Positions 48,128 to 58,701 of a DNA stretch of 64,000 nucleotides are shown in pieces. Every line of letters starts with the position of its first letter. The first letter of the stretch is position 1. The stretch lies in the NCBI GenBank assembly GCA_963779755.1, contig CAVZZO010000003.1:256001-320000 (forward strand), in the 5' to 3' direction. Under the pieces are notes generated by a model. It did not search any database. It was not told where the DNA came from and saw only the letters and a list, made by a program, of their open reading frames with translations. The stretch is from an uncultured Gemmatimonadales bacterium. GTDB lineage: Bacteria; Gemmatimonadota; Gemmatimonadetes; Gemmatimonadales; GWC2-71-9. The translations under genes and the position numbers were made by a program.

Positions 48128-51100
48128 ATGAGCACGTCGGCCAAGCCGGCGCCCAGGACCGAGCCCGCTGCCCCCCCGTTTCCCGGGACGCTCGAGGCGA
48201 TGGATGGCAGCGCCGCGGTGGTCGCCATGGAAACCCGCGCCAGCGAAGCGGCCGGCGCCTATCCCATCACCCCCTCCACCCAGATGGGCGAGGGGTGGGC
48301 CGCCGCGGTGGCCGACGGCACCCGGAACGTGAACGGCCGCCGGCTGATCTTCTTCGAGCCGGAAGGTGAGCATGCCGCCGCCGCGGTCACCGCGGGGCTC
48401 AGCATGACCGGGCTGCGGGCCGCCAACTTCTCCAGCGGCCAGGGCGTAGTGTACATGCACGAGTCGCTCTACCCCGCCGTGGGCAAGCGGCTCACCTATG
48501 TGCTCAACGTTGCCGCCCGGGCGCTCACCAAGCAGGCGCTCAACGTGCATGCCGGGCACGACGATTACCACGCGGTGGACGACACCGGCTTCTTTCAGCT
48601 CTTCGCCAAGGATGTCCAGGAGGTCGCCGACCTCAACCTGATTGCGCACCGCATCGCCGAGTTGTCGCTCAACCCCGGCATCCTGGCGCAGGACGGCTTC
48701 CTCACCAGCCACGTGCTGGAATCGCTGCGGGTGCCGGAGCCGGAGCTGATCCGCCGCTACCTGGGCGACCCCTCCGATCGCATTCCCTCGCCCACCCCGG
48801 CCCAACGGATGGTGTTCGGCGACGAGCGGCGGCGGATTCCCGAGCTGTTCGACGTGGACTACCCCGCCATGCTGGGCGTGGTCCAGAACCAGGACAGCTA
48901 CGCCCAGGGGGTGGCGGCGCAGCGGCCGTTCTACTTCGACCATGTAGCCGAGCTGTCCGACCGGGCGTTTGCCGAATTCGCGGCGCTCACCGGGCGCGCC
49001 TACGCGCGTTGCGGGGCCTACCGGCTGGAAGACGCGCAGTTCGTCATCGCCGGCCAGGGCAGCGTCATCCCCAACGCCGAGGCGATAGCCGACTGGTTGC
49101 GGGACACGCGGGGCCTGAAGGTAGGGGTGCTGAACCTCACCATGTTCCGTCCCTTCCCGGCCGACCTGGTGACCCGGCTGCTGGCGGGCAAGCGGGGTGT
49201 CGTGGTGCTGGAGCGCACCGACCAGCCCCTGGCGATCGACCCGCCGCTCCTGCGCGAGATCCGCGCGGCCATGAGCCAGGCGCTGGAGAACGGGCGCGAG
49301 GCGCAGTCGGCGCCGGTCCCCTACCCCGGGCTGGCCGGGCTGCAGCCGCACCAGGTACCCACCTTCTACAGTGGGTGTTTCGGGCTGGGCAGCAGGGATC
49401 TGCAGCCGGGCGACCTGGTGGCGGCAATAGAGAACATGCTGCCCGGGGGCCGCGGGCGGCGGCAGTTCTACCTCGGCATCGACTTCATCCGGACCGGCAC
49501 CCGTCTCCCCAAGCTGCAGATCTGGCAGGAACAGCTGCTGGAGCACTATCCCCAGCTGAAGGATCTGGCCTTGCCGTCCGCGGGCGACATCAACCTCATG
49601 TCGCCCAGTTCGGTCTCGCTGCGGATCCACTCGGTGGGCGGCTGGGGCGCGATCACCACGGGCAAGAACCTTTCGCTCACCGTGTTCGAGCTGCTCGGGA
49701 TGCACATCAAGGCCAACCCGAAATACGGCTCGGAAAAGAAGGGCCAGCCCACCACCTTCTACGCCACCTTCTCGCATGATCCGATCCGGCCCAACTGCGA
49801 ACTACGGCATGTGGACGTGGTGCTCTCGCCCGATCCCAACGTGTTCCGCCACTCCAATCCGCTGGCGGGCCTCTGCGATGGCGGTGTCTTCGTCATCCAG
49901 AGCGATCAGGCACCCGAGGATTTCTGGCGCGGCCTGCCGGCCTTTGCCCGGCACGACATCATGGAGCGGAAGATCCGGGTCTATACGCTGGACGCGTTTG
50001 CCATCGCGGCCAGCGAGGCCTCGGACGCCGAGCTGCGCTACCGGATGCAGGGCATCGCCTTCATGGGTGCCTTCTTCGCCGCCTCGCCGCTGCGGGAGCG
50101 GGAGGGCCTGAGCGAAGACGCGCTCTACGAGGGCATCCGCTCGCAGCTCACCCGGAAGTTTGGCTCCAAGGGCCAGCGGGTGGTGGAGGACAACCTGCGG
50201 GTGATCCGCCGCGGCGCGGCCGAGCTGCACGCCGTCACGGCGGCGGAGATTGCCGACGAGGCGGCGCCCGGCAGCGTTCCCGTCATGCCCGAGCTACTCC
50301 GCGCCGACAGCGCGGAACCGGGCATCGGCAATCAGGGCCGCTTCTGGGAGCAGGTGTGCTCGCTCTGGAAACTGGGGCAGGACGGGATCGCCGATCCCTT
50401 CGCGGCGATCAGCGCCATTCCGGCCGCGACCAGCGCGGTGCGGGACATGACCGACGTGCGCATGGAGGTGCCCCGGTTCATCGCCGAGAACTGCACCGGC
50501 TGCGCCCAGTGCTGGACCCAGTGCCCCGATGCCGCGATCCCCGGGCTGGTGACCGACCCCGAGGAGCTGCTGGCCGCCGCGGTGGCCCAGGCGGGCAGCC
50601 AGACCCCCATGGAGCGGCTGAAGCCCATCCTCAAGCCCCTGGGCCGCGAGGTGCGCCGGCTGCTGGGCGCCGGCCCCTTCACCTCCTTCGCCGATACGGT
50701 GGATCAGGCGGTGCAGGCGTTGAGCCCCAAGCTGGGGCTGGACCAGGCCAAACAGCAGGCGCTCGCCGCCGAAGTCGCGGCGGTCCGGACGGTGGTGGAA
50801 CGCTTCCCGCTGGCCCGGACGGCGGCCTTCTGGGACAACGCCGAGCGCAAGCAGAAGGGGTCGGGCGGGCTGCTGTCCATTACCATCAATCCGGAAGCCT
50901 GCAAAGGCTGCAACATCTGCGTGGATGTGTGCCCCGATGACGCCCTGGTCGCGGTGCGGCAGGACGAGGCGATGGTCTCCGAGCTGCGGACCAACTGGGC
51001 CTTCTGGCAGCGCCTGCCCGATACCCCCGACCGGTTCATCAACGTGCCGGATCTGGAACAGGGCATCGGGGTTCTCCCCACCCTGCTGCTGAAGAAAGGG

Positions 51101-53182
51101 AACTACCGCTCGATGGCGGGCGGCGACGGCGCCTGCATGGGGTGCGGCGAGAAGACCGCGGTGCACCTGGTGGTTTCGACCATCGAAGCGCTCATGCGGC
51201 CGCGGGTCGAGAAGCGGGTGCGCTACCTGGACGAACTGATCGCCGGCCTGGGCACGAAGGTGCGGGCGCTCCTTACGGCGGACGCCGACCTGGACGCGCT
51301 GGCCCGGGGCGCCGCCGATCATGTGACGCTGGCGCTGGATCCCGAGCGGCGCGCCGAGGTCGAGCGCCTCGCCCGCAGTGCGCGCGAGCTGAAGGACCTG
51401 CGCTGGCGCTATACCGAAGGCCCCAGCGGGCGCGGCCGGGCGCACCTGGCCATGGCCAACAGCACCGGGTGCAGCTCGGTATGGGCCAGCACCTACCCCT
51501 ACAACCCCTATCCCTTCCCCTGGGTGAATCACCTCTTCCAGGATAGCCCGTCGATCGCCATCGGCGTCTTCGAAGGCCACATGCGAAAGATGGCGGACGG
51601 ATTCGCCGCGGTGCGCCGGGCGGAGGGGCTGCTCGACGGCAGCTACGACGCGCAGGAGACCGAACGCGAGCTGTCGGGGCTGGAATGGAAGGACTTTACC
51701 GATGAGGAGTTTGCCCTCTGCCCGCCGGTGCTGGCGCTGGGAGGCGATGGGGCCATGCTGGATATCGGCTTCCAGAACCTCTCCCGGCTCATGGCCTCGG
51801 GCAAGCCGGTCCGGGTCATCGTGCTCGACACCCAGGTGTACTCCAACACCGGCGGCCAGGCCTGCACCAGCGGCTATACCGGCCAGGTCTCGGACATGGC
51901 CTGGTACGGCAAGGCCTCGCACGGGAAGACCGAGGTCCGCAAGGAGCTGGCGCTGATCGCCATGGCACACCGCGGGGTCTTCGTCCACCAGTCGTCGCAG
52001 GCGTCCGCCTCGCACCTGATGGGCGGGGTACTGCGGGCGTTGCAGGTCAGGCGGCCGGTGCTGATCAACCTGTACACGCCGTGTCCGGTGGAGCACGGGC
52101 TGGCGGATGACTGGGCCCAGCATGCCGCCCGGCTGGCGCTGGAGAGCCGCGCGTTCCCCTTCCTGACCTACGACCCCGATGCGGGCGACTCGTGGGCGTC
52201 CTGCCTCAGCCTGGACGGGAATCCATCGGTGGAGGACGCCTGGCCGACCTATACCCTGGACTACCAGGACGAGCACGGTGCCTCCCAGTCGATGGAGCTG
52301 CCGCTCACCACGGCCGACTGGGCCGCCACCGAAGGCCGCTTCCGCAAGCACTTCAAGAAGCTGGCGGCCGACGCCGACGGCGACCTGCTCCCGTTCCACG
52401 AGGTGGTGGCATTGCCGCCGGCGGAACGCGAGGGCAAGCAACCGTTCATCTACATGATGGGAAAGGACAAGCGGCTGGAGCGCTGGTCGGTCTCCGAGGA
52501 GATGGTTCACCTGGCGCAGGAGCGCCAGCTCTTCTGGGCCCAGTTGCGCGAACTGGCCGGGGTCCGGGTGAGCGACGCGGTGCGCCAGCAGGTGGCGGAC
52601 ACGCTCGAGAGCGAGCTGGAGGAGAAGTTGAACGCCGCCCGGCGGGAGTATGAGACGAAGATCGCCGAACTGCAGTCGAGCTACCCGGTGGCGATCGCCC
52701 GCCGGCTGGCGCAGGGGCTGCTGCAGGCGACCAGCCAGGGACAGACGCTGGACCAGTTGCTGGCGTCACTGCCGGCTGCGGCTCCCCTCCCGGCCAACGG
52801 AACCGCTGCGCCGATGCCGGCGCCCGCGGCTCCGGGATCGAACGGCCAGGCCGCGGCCGCACCCTCGACCACCTCGACCGCCTCGACCGTCTCAGCCGCT
52901 GCGACCGAGTCGGCGGAAGACGACGGCGGTACCCTCGTCATCGAGCCCTACATCGAGAGTGAGCGCTGCACCACCTGTAACGAGTGCACCAATCTCAACA
53001 AGAAGATGTTCGCCTATAACGCGGACAAACAGGCCTATATCAAAGACCCGAAGGCCGGCACCTTTGCCCAGCTGGTCCAGGCGGCGGAGAAGTGCCCGGT
53101 GGGCGCCATCCATCCGGGCACGCCGCTCAATCCGAAGGAGAAGGATCTCGACAAATGGCTGAAGCGGGCGCAGGCCTTCTGA
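48128..53182 (+). CDS. Large single-chain pyruvate:ferredoxin/flavodoxin oxidoreductase (NifJ/PFOR-like) with an extra C-terminal ferredoxin domain
   Basis: AYPITPSTQMGE, GSEKKGQPT, CTGCAQCWTQCP, CKGCNICVDVCP, ACMGCGEK, GGDGAMLDIG, C-terminal CTTCNEC...CPVGAI. Alternative GTG start at 48119. Confidence 0.92.
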   Translation: MSTSAKPAPRTEPAAPPFPGTLEAMDGSAAVVAMETRASEAAGAYPITPSTQMGEGWAAAVADGTRNVNGRRLIFFEPEGEHAAAAVTAGLSMTGLRAANFSSGQGVVYMHESLYPAVGKRLTYVLNVAARALTKQALNVHAGHDDYHAVDDTGFFQLFAKDVQEVADLNLIAHRIAELSLNPGILAQDGFLTSHVLESLRVPEPELIRRYLGDPSDRIPSPTPAQRMVFGDERRRIPELFDVDYPAMLGVVQNQDSYAQGVAAQRPFYFDHVAELSDRAFAEFAALTGRAYARCGAYRLEDAQFVIAGQGSVIPNAEAIADWLRDTRGLKVGVLNLTMFRPFPADLVTRLLAGKRGVVVLERTDQPLAIDPPLLREIRAAMSQALENGREAQSAPVPYPGLAGLQPHQVPTFYSGCFGLGSRDLQPGDLVAAIENMLPGGRGRRQFYLGIDFIRTGTRLPKLQIWQEQLLEHYPQLKDLALPSAGDINLMSPSSVSLRIHSVGGWGAITTGKNLSLTVFELLGMHIKANPKYGSEKKGQPTTFYATFSHDPIRPNCELRHVDVVLSPDPNVFRHSNPLAGLCDGGVFVIQSDQAPEDFWRGLPAFARHDIMERKIRVYTLDAFAIAASEASDAELRYRMQGIAFMGAFFAASPLREREGLSEDALYEGIRSQLTRKFGSKGQRVVEDNLRVIRRGAAELHAVTAAEIADEAAPGSVPVMPELLRADSAEPGIGNQGRFWEQVCSLWKLGQDGIADPFAAISAIPAATSAVRDMTDVRMEVPRFIAENCTGCAQCWTQCPDAAIPGLVTDPEELLAAAVAQAGSQTPMERLKPILKPLGREVRRLLGAGPFTSFADTVDQAVQALSPKLGLDQAKQQALAAEVAAVRTVVERFPLARTAAFWDNAERKQKGSGGLLSITINPEACKGCNICVDVCPDDALVAVRQDEAMVSELRTNWAFWQRLPDTPDRFINVPDLEQGIGVLPTLLLKKGNYRSMAGGDGACMGCGEKTAVHLVVSTIEALMRPRVEKRVRYLDELIAGLGTKVRALLTADADLDALARGAADHVTLALDPERRAEVERLARSARELKDLRWRYTEGPSGRGRAHLAMANSTGCSSVWASTYPYNPYPFPWVNHLFQDSPSIAIGVFEGHMRKMADGFAAVRRAEGLLDGSYDAQETERELSGLEWKDFTDEEFALCPPVLALGGDGAMLDIGFQNLSRLMASGKPVRVIVLDTQVYSNTGGQACTSGYTGQVSDMAWYGKASHGKTEVRKELALIAMAHRGVFVHQSSQASASHLMGGVLRALQVRRPVLINLYTPCPVEHGLADDWAQHAARLALESRAFPFLTYDPDAGDSWASCLSLDGNPSVEDAWPTYTLDYQDEHGASQSMELPLTTADWAATEGRFRKHFKKLAADADGDLLPFHEVVALPPAEREGKQPFIYMMGKDKRLERWSVSEEMVHLAQERQLFWAQLRELAGVRVSDAVRQQVADTLESELEEKLNAARREYETKIAELQSSYPVAIARRLAQGLLQATSQGQTLDQLLASLPAAAPLPANGTAAPMPAPAAPGSNGQAAAAPSTTSTASTVSAAATESAEDDGGTLVIEPYIESERCTTCNECTNLNKKMFAYNADKQAYIKDPKAGTFAQLVQAAEKCPVGAIHPGTPLNPKEKDLDKWLKRAQAF

Positions 53183-54525
53183 GCCGCCTCTGGCGCGGCG
53201 CCGGCGCCTTCGGGTTCCAGCACGGGGTCCATCCCCCGGAATCCAAGGAGCTGACGGCCCACCTGCCTATCCGGCGCATGCCGTTCCCGGACGAGGTCGT
53301 GTTGCCGCTGCGGCAGCACGCGGGCAAGCCGGCGCGCCCGGTGGTGCAGAAGGGCGACCGGGTGGAACGGGGCGACACGCTGGCGCTGGCCGACGGGTAC
53401 ATCTCCTCGCCGGTCCACGCCTCGGCCTCCGGCACGGTGGCGGCCGTGGACTGGTGGCCGCACCCCGACGGATCGATGGCGCCGGCGGTTCGTATCGCGG
53501 TGGAGCGCTGGAGCAGCCAGCTGGCACGGCCCCGGCTGGTTCCGGACTGGCACGGGCTGACCCACGAGCAGGTGATCAAGGCGGTCCAGGATGCCGGCGT
53601 GGTGGGCCTGGGCGGTGCCGCCTTCCCCACTCACGTCAAGCTGGCACCGCCCAAGGACGCGGTGATCGATACGATCATCGTGAACGGCGCGGAATGCGAG
53701 CCCTATCTCACGACCGACCACCGGATCATGGTGGAGTACCCCGACCGGGTGCACTTCGGCGTGCGGATCATGCTCCACGCCCTGGGCGTGAAGCGGGCGA
53801 TCATCGGAGTGGAACGCAACAAACCCGATGCCATCGAGGCCCTGGAGCGCACCCGGCCGCAGGATCTCGACATCACCATCCTGCCGCTCACGGTGAAATA
53901 CCCGCAGGGCGCGGAGAAGATGCTGATCAAGTCGGTGCTCGACCGGGAAGTGCCCTCGGGCAAGCTGCCGGCCAGCGCGGGCGTCATCGTGCAGAACGTA
54001 GGGTCGGTGGCTACGCTGGCGGAGGTGTTCGAGACCGGCCTGCCGCTGGTCGAGCGGATCGTGACGGTGAGCGGGCACGGGGTGCGGCGGCCGTCCAATC
54101 TGATCGTCCCGGTGGGGACCAAGGTCTCCGACCTGCTGGCGTTCTGCGGTGGGCTCACCGACGATGCAGCCGAGGTGCTCTTCGGCGGCCCCATGATGGG
54201 CATCTCGCAGCCGCGTCTGGAGGCGCCGGTTCTGAAGGGCACCACCGGGGTGGTGGTCCTGAGCGAGGCGGAGGTCCGGAGCCGCCGCAGCTATCCCTGC
54301 ATCCACTGCGGACGCTGCCTCGACGCCTGCCCCATGTTTCTCAATCCCTCGCTGCTGGGCGACCTGGCCCGGACCGCCAACTACGAGGAAATGGCCGAGC
54401 TGCACCTGTCCGACTGCATGCTGTGCGGATCGTGCAGCTACGTCTGCCCATCCAACATCCCGCTGGCTCAGCTGTTCCAGTCGAGCAAGGTGGCGCTGCG
54501 GCGCCTCCAGGCGGCTGCCCCGTGA
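53155..54525 (+). CDS. rnfC: Rnf complex subunit C
   Basis: HGVHPP, QHAGKPA, PVHASASG, GLGGAAFPTHVK, NGAECEPYLTTD, YPQGAEK, two CxxCxxCxxxCP motifs. Confidence 0.96.
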   Translation: MAEAGAGLLSRLWRGAGAFGFQHGVHPPESKELTAHLPIRRMPFPDEVVLPLRQHAGKPARPVVQKGDRVERGDTLALADGYISSPVHASASGTVAAVDWWPHPDGSMAPAVRIAVERWSSQLARPRLVPDWHGLTHEQVIKAVQDAGVVGLGGAAFPTHVKLAPPKDAVIDTIIVNGAECEPYLTTDHRIMVEYPDRVHFGVRIMLHALGVKRAIIGVERNKPDAIEALERTRPQDLDITILPLTVKYPQGAEKMLIKSVLDREVPSGKLPASAGVIVQNVGSVATLAEVFETGLPLVERIVTVSGHGVRRPSNLIVPVGTKVSDLLAFCGGLTDDAAEVLFGGPMMGISQPRLEAPVLKGTTGVVVLSEAEVRSRRSYPCIHCGRCLDACPMFLNPSLLGDLARTANYEEMAELHLSDCMLCGSCSYVCPSNIPLAQLFQSSKVALRRLQAAAP

Positions 54526-55532
54526 GCGCCGACGTCCGGTCCCTGCTGCTGCAGGCCTCGCCCCATCTCAAGGGACGGGACAGCACGCCCCGCATCATGT
54601 GGAACGTGGTGGGGAGTCTGCTCCCGATCGTGGCCGCCTCGGCGTACTTCTTCGGCCCCAGCGCGCTGCTGGTGCTGGCCGCGTCGGTGCTGGGCGCGCT
54701 GGCCACCGAGCGGCTCTTCGGCCGGGGCGGCACTCTGGCCGACGGCTCCGCCATGATCACCGGGCTGTTGCTGGGCCTCACCCTGCCGGCCGGCATGCCG
54801 CTCTGGATGGTGGTGCTGGGCGCCGCGTTCGCCATCGGGTTCGGCAAGCTGCTCTTCGGCGGCCTGGGCTACAACGTCTTCAATCCGGCACTGCTGGGCC
54901 GCGCTTTTCTCCAGGCCGCCTTCCCCGTGGCCATCACCACCTGGCCGGCGGCGGGCGGCTCCTGGTGGGCGCTCCGGGGCGACAACTTCGCGCTCCCGCT
55001 CATGAGCCCCAGGCTCACCGATGCCGTAACCTCCGCGACGCCGCTCGGCGCCATGAAGTTCGAGCACCACGGCACGGCGCTCTCCCACCTGCTGCTGGGG
55101 ACCACGGGCGGCTCGCTGGGCGAGACGGCGGGCCTGCTGATCCTGCTCTGCGGCGCCTGGCTGGCCTGGCAGGGCTATCTCAACTGGCGGATTCCGGCAG
55201 GGATCCTGGCCACGGTCGCGGCGGCAAGCGGCCTCCTGCACACGCTGGCACCGGCGAAGTACCCGACGCCGCTCTTCATGCTCTTCTCCGGCGGCCTCAT
55301 TCTGGGCACGGTCTTCATGGCCACCGACATGGTCACCGCGCCGGTGACCAACGCGGGGCGCTGGATCTTCGCCGCGGGCATCGGTGCCCTGGTGGTGATC
55401 ATCCGTATCTGGGGCGGACTGCCGGAAGGGGTCATGTACGCGATTCTGCTGATGAACGCCTTTGTGCCGTTCATCAACCGGGCGACACAGCCGCGGGTCT
55501 TCGGAACCGGGCGGGTCAAGGTGGCCGCATGA
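54522..55532 (+). CDS. rnfD: Rnf complex subunit D
   Basis: SPHL, FGGLGYNVFNPA, TSATPL FMN site, GSLGET, FMATDMVT. Confidence 0.96.
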   Translation: MSADVRSLLLQASPHLKGRDSTPRIMWNVVGSLLPIVAASAYFFGPSALLVLAASVLGALATERLFGRGGTLADGSAMITGLLLGLTLPAGMPLWMVVLGAAFAIGFGKLLFGGLGYNVFNPALLGRAFLQAAFPVAITTWPAAGGSWWALRGDNFALPLMSPRLTDAVTSATPLGAMKFEHHGTALSHLLLGTTGGSLGETAGLLILLCGAWLAWQGYLNWRIPAGILATVAAASGLLHTLAPAKYPTPLFMLFSGGLILGTVFMATDMVTAPVTNAGRWIFAAGIGALVVIIRIWGGLPEGVMYAILLMNAFVPFINRATQPRVFGTGRVKVAA

Positions 55533-56182
55533 GCGCCGGATCCCTTCCCGTGGTGGACACCCCGCAGGTCCCCAGTTGGCGGCTGCTGGCGACGCTGGGC
55601 GGCGCGGGCGCGCTGGCCGGGCTACTCATCGTGCTGGTGTACGGCTGGACCCGGCCGCGGATCGAGGCACACCGCGCGGCAGTGCTGCGCGACGCCATCG
55701 AGGAGGTGCTGCACGCGCCGGCCCGGGCCGACACGCTCTTTGTGCTGAACGGCGCCCTGGTGGCCGACCCGGGCAACGCCGCCCGGGAAAAGCTGGACCG
55801 GGTCTACCGGGGGTACGACGACGCGGGCCGCCCCACGGGGTATGCCATCGTGGCCTCGGAACCGGGCTTCCAGGACCAGGTGGAGCTGATCTTCGGCTAC
55901 AACCCGGCCACCCACGAAATCCTCGGCATGAAAATCCTCGAAAGCAAGGAAACACCGGGGCTGGGCGACCGGATCGAACGGCCGGCGTTCGGAGCGCAGT
56001 TCGCGGGCCGCACCGCACCGGTCACCGGGGTGAAGGGCTCCGCCCCGCCGGACGACCGGAGCGCGGTCGTGATGATCACCGGGGCCACCATCTCCTCGCG
56101 CACGGTGATCCGTGAAATCAATAACGCGGTGGCGCACTGGCAGCCGCTGATCGAGGCCTATCAGGCCGGGGCACAGCCATGA
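55529..56182 (+). CDS. rnfG: Rnf complex subunit G
   Basis: N-terminal TM helix, ETPGLG, ITGATISS flavinylation motif. Confidence 0.94.
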   Translation: MSAGSLPVVDTPQVPSWRLLATLGGAGALAGLLIVLVYGWTRPRIEAHRAAVLRDAIEEVLHAPARADTLFVLNGALVADPGNAAREKLDRVYRGYDDAGRPTGYAIVASEPGFQDQVELIFGYNPATHEILGMKILESKETPGLGDRIERPAFGAQFAGRTAPVTGVKGSAPPDDRSAVVMITGATISSRTVIREINNAVAHWQPLIEAYQAGAQP

Positions 56183-56931
56183 CCGATTCGTCCCCTCAGC
56201 CGCTCTCCTGCCACACGGTCCCGGCGCCCGGCGCCACGACGTCGGTGAGCGCGCGGGAAGACCTGCTCAAGGGCATCTGGCGGGACAACCCGGTACTGGT
56301 CCAGGTGCTGGGGCTCTGCCCCACCCTCGCGGTGACCAACAGCGTGGCCAACGCGCTGGCCATGGGCATCGCGACGCTCTTCGTGCTGGTGGGCTCGAGC
56401 TTCCTGGTATCGAGCCTGCGCAAGCTGATCCCCAACGAGGTCCGTATCACCAGCTACGTCCTGATCATCGCGACCTTCGTGACGGTGGCGGACATGGGAC
56501 TGCAGGCGGCCGTGCCCGACATCCACAAGGCGCTGGGGGCCTTCATCGCCCTCATCGTGGTCAACTGCATCATCCTGGGGCGCCAGGAAGCGTTCTCGTC
56601 GCGGAATACCATCGGGCGCTCGGTGCTCGACGCGCTGGGCATGGGCGCCGGATTCATGCTGACGCTGCTGCTCATGGGCGGCATCCGTGAGGTGATCGGA
56701 AACGGCACCTTCCTGGGCCATCCGCTGTTCGGCCCCCACTACGAGCCCTGGGTGGTGATGATCCTGCCGCCGGGCGGGTTCCTGACCCTGGGCGTGATTC
56801 TGCTGGGGATCGCCTGGGTCCATGAGCGGCGCAACCGTCGCGCGGCCGCGCGGGCGGTTCTGGCCGAGGCTCTGTCCGCGCCCGGGGCCCCGGGGCCGCA
56901 GCCGGCGCGCGAGCCGGCGGGAGCGATCTGA
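56179..56931 (+). CDS. rnfE: Rnf complex subunit E
   Basis: NPVLVQVLGLCPTLAVT, LIVVNCIILGR, LPPGGF. Confidence 0.95.
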   Translation: MTDSSPQPLSCHTVPAPGATTSVSAREDLLKGIWRDNPVLVQVLGLCPTLAVTNSVANALAMGIATLFVLVGSSFLVSSLRKLIPNEVRITSYVLIIATFVTVADMGLQAAVPDIHKALGAFIALIVVNCIILGRQEAFSSRNTIGRSVLDALGMGAGFMLTLLLMGGIREVIGNGTFLGHPLFGPHYEPWVVMILPPGGFLTLGVILLGIAWVHERRNRRAAARAVLAEALSAPGAPGPQPAREPAGAI

Positions 56932-57509
56932 TGGGCGACCTGCTGTGGATCTTCGTCAGCGCCATGCTGGTGAACAACTTCACCCTGGTGCTGTTCCTGG
57001 GGCTCTGCCCCTTCCTGGGCGTCACCAAGAAGCTGGGGCCGGCCCTGCGGCTGGGCGCGGCGAACCTGTTCGTCCTGCTGCTCACCTCGCTCAGCGTCAC
57101 CTTCCTCAACACCTTCGTGCTGCGCTCGGCGCCCTACCTGCGGCTCATCGCGTTCATCGTGGTGATCGCCTCGCTGGTGCAGATCGTTGAAATGACGGTC
57201 AAGAAGTTCAGCCCCACGCTGTTCCGGGAGCTGGGAATCTATCTGCCGCTCATCACCACCAATTGCGCCATCCTGGCCCTGGCCATCTTCCAGACCAACC
57301 GGGCCTACAGCGTGCTGCAGGGCGTGGCGTTTGCGCTGGGAGCGGGCCTGGGGCTGACGCTCGCCCTGACGCTCATGGCGTCGATCCGCGAACGGCTGGA
57401 CTTCGCCGACGTGCCGGCCATCGCCAAGGGCGTCGGGCTGGTGCTGATCGTAGCGGGCAGCCTCTCGCTCGCCTTCATGGGCTTCGCCGGCCTGGGGAGC
57501 GGATCATGA
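56931..57509 (+). CDS. rnfA: Rnf complex subunit A
   Basis: NNFTLVLFLGLCPFLGV, LGIYLPLITTNCAIL, LAFMGF. Confidence 0.95.
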   Translation: MGDLLWIFVSAMLVNNFTLVLFLGLCPFLGVTKKLGPALRLGAANLFVLLLTSLSVTFLNTFVLRSAPYLRLIAFIVVIASLVQIVEMTVKKFSPTLFRELGIYLPLITTNCAILALAIFQTNRAYSVLQGVAFALGAGLGLTLALTLMASIRERLDFADVPAIAKGVGLVLIVAGSLSLAFMGFAGLGSGS

Positions 57510-57652
57510 GCCTGGCCACCCTGCTGACGGCGGCGCTGGGCGGCGCCGTCTTCTTCGTGCTCTTCGCCCTGCTGCCCCGACGCCGGAAGTGCTCCAGCGA
57601 CTGCGGCAGCTGTACCACGGCCTGCTCCAGCAGGCAAGGACAACCCCGATGA
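57506..57652 (+). CDS. 48-aa TM plus Cys-rich peptide (FeoB-associated Cys-rich-like)
   Basis: MSLATLLTAALGGAVFFVLFALLPRRRKCSSDCGSCTTAC; ATGA overlaps at both ends. Confidence 0.75.
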   Translation: MSLATLLTAALGGAVFFVLFALLPRRRKCSSDCGSCTTACSSRQGQPR

Positions 57653-58653
57653 CTGCCGATTCCCCGCGGCGTTTCGACCGCCGCGAATTCATCGCGCTGG
57701 GCCTCGGCGCCTTTGTGGTCGCCTCGCTGCCGCTGGCGGCGCGGCGCGGCGCCCGGATCCGGCGCCCCGGGCTGGCCCGGCGCACCATCCCCGTCATGGG
57801 AACGATCGCCGAGCTGGCGGTGCTCGACCCCGATCCGCGCGGCGCCCAGGCGGCGCTGGACGCGGCGGTCGCCGAGTTGCGACGGGTCGAGGCCGCCTTC
57901 ACCAGGTTCGACGACCGATCGGACATCGGGCGGGCCAATCTCGGGGCCGCGCGGGAGGCCGTCGCGGTCTCTCCGGCCACCGCGTATGTCGTCGCCGAGG
58001 CGCTGCGCTGGGCGGCGGGAACATCGGGGTCCTACGATCCCGCCATCGGCGGCGCGATCGCGCTGTGGGATGTGACCCACCGGCACGAGCCGCCACCGGA
58101 GCGGCAGGTCTCCCGCTTTGCCGCCCGACGGCTGTACCACACGGTGGAGGTAGGGCGCGGGAAGGGAGGCCCGGTGCTGCGCTACCACGATCCCGACGCC
58201 CGGCTCGATCTGGGCGGCATCGCCAAGGGTTACGGGGTAGACCGGGCGGTGGAGGTATTGCGGCAGCATGGCATCACCCAGGCGCTGGTGGACGTGGGGG
58301 GCGACCTCTACGCACTGGGGACGGCGCCGGGCGGCGATCCCTGGGAAATCGGCATCCGCAATCCCGACGATTCCGAAGGCCTGATCGGCACGCTGAAGGT
58401 CGCCGACGCCGCCGTGGCAACCTCCGGGACCTACCTGCAGTACTTCCGGTATCGCGGCCGGCGCTATCACCACCTGATCGATCCGGTCACGGGATCGCCG
58501 CGCCAGACGCCGGAGGAGAGCCTCACAATCCGAGCCGACCGCTGCATGGAGGCCGATGTGGCCGCCACCGCGTTGTTCGGCCTGTCCCGGCCCGAGGCCG
58601 GCGCCCTGCTGGGCCGCCTGGCACCGGGGGCGGAGGTGGCGCGGATCGCGTGA
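57649..58653 (+). CDS. apbE: FAD:protein FMN transferase ApbE with Tat signal
   Basis: DRREFI twin-arginine motif, VMGT, DLGGIAKGY, GGD, ATSG, HHLIDP, AD. Confidence 0.94.
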   Translation: MTADSPRRFDRREFIALGLGAFVVASLPLAARRGARIRRPGLARRTIPVMGTIAELAVLDPDPRGAQAALDAAVAELRRVEAAFTRFDDRSDIGRANLGAAREAVAVSPATAYVVAEALRWAAGTSGSYDPAIGGAIALWDVTHRHEPPPERQVSRFAARRLYHTVEVGRGKGGPVLRYHDPDARLDLGGIAKGYGVDRAVEVLRQHGITQALVDVGGDLYALGTAPGGDPWEIGIRNPDDSEGLIGTLKVADAAVATSGTYLQYFRYRGRRYHHLIDPVTGSPRQTPEESLTIRADRCMEADVAATALFGLSRPEAGALLGRLAPGAEVARIA

Positions 58654-58701
58654 GGAAGGCTGGAAACCCGCACCATGGTCGTCGCGACCGGGGAGGGAGC
58701 G

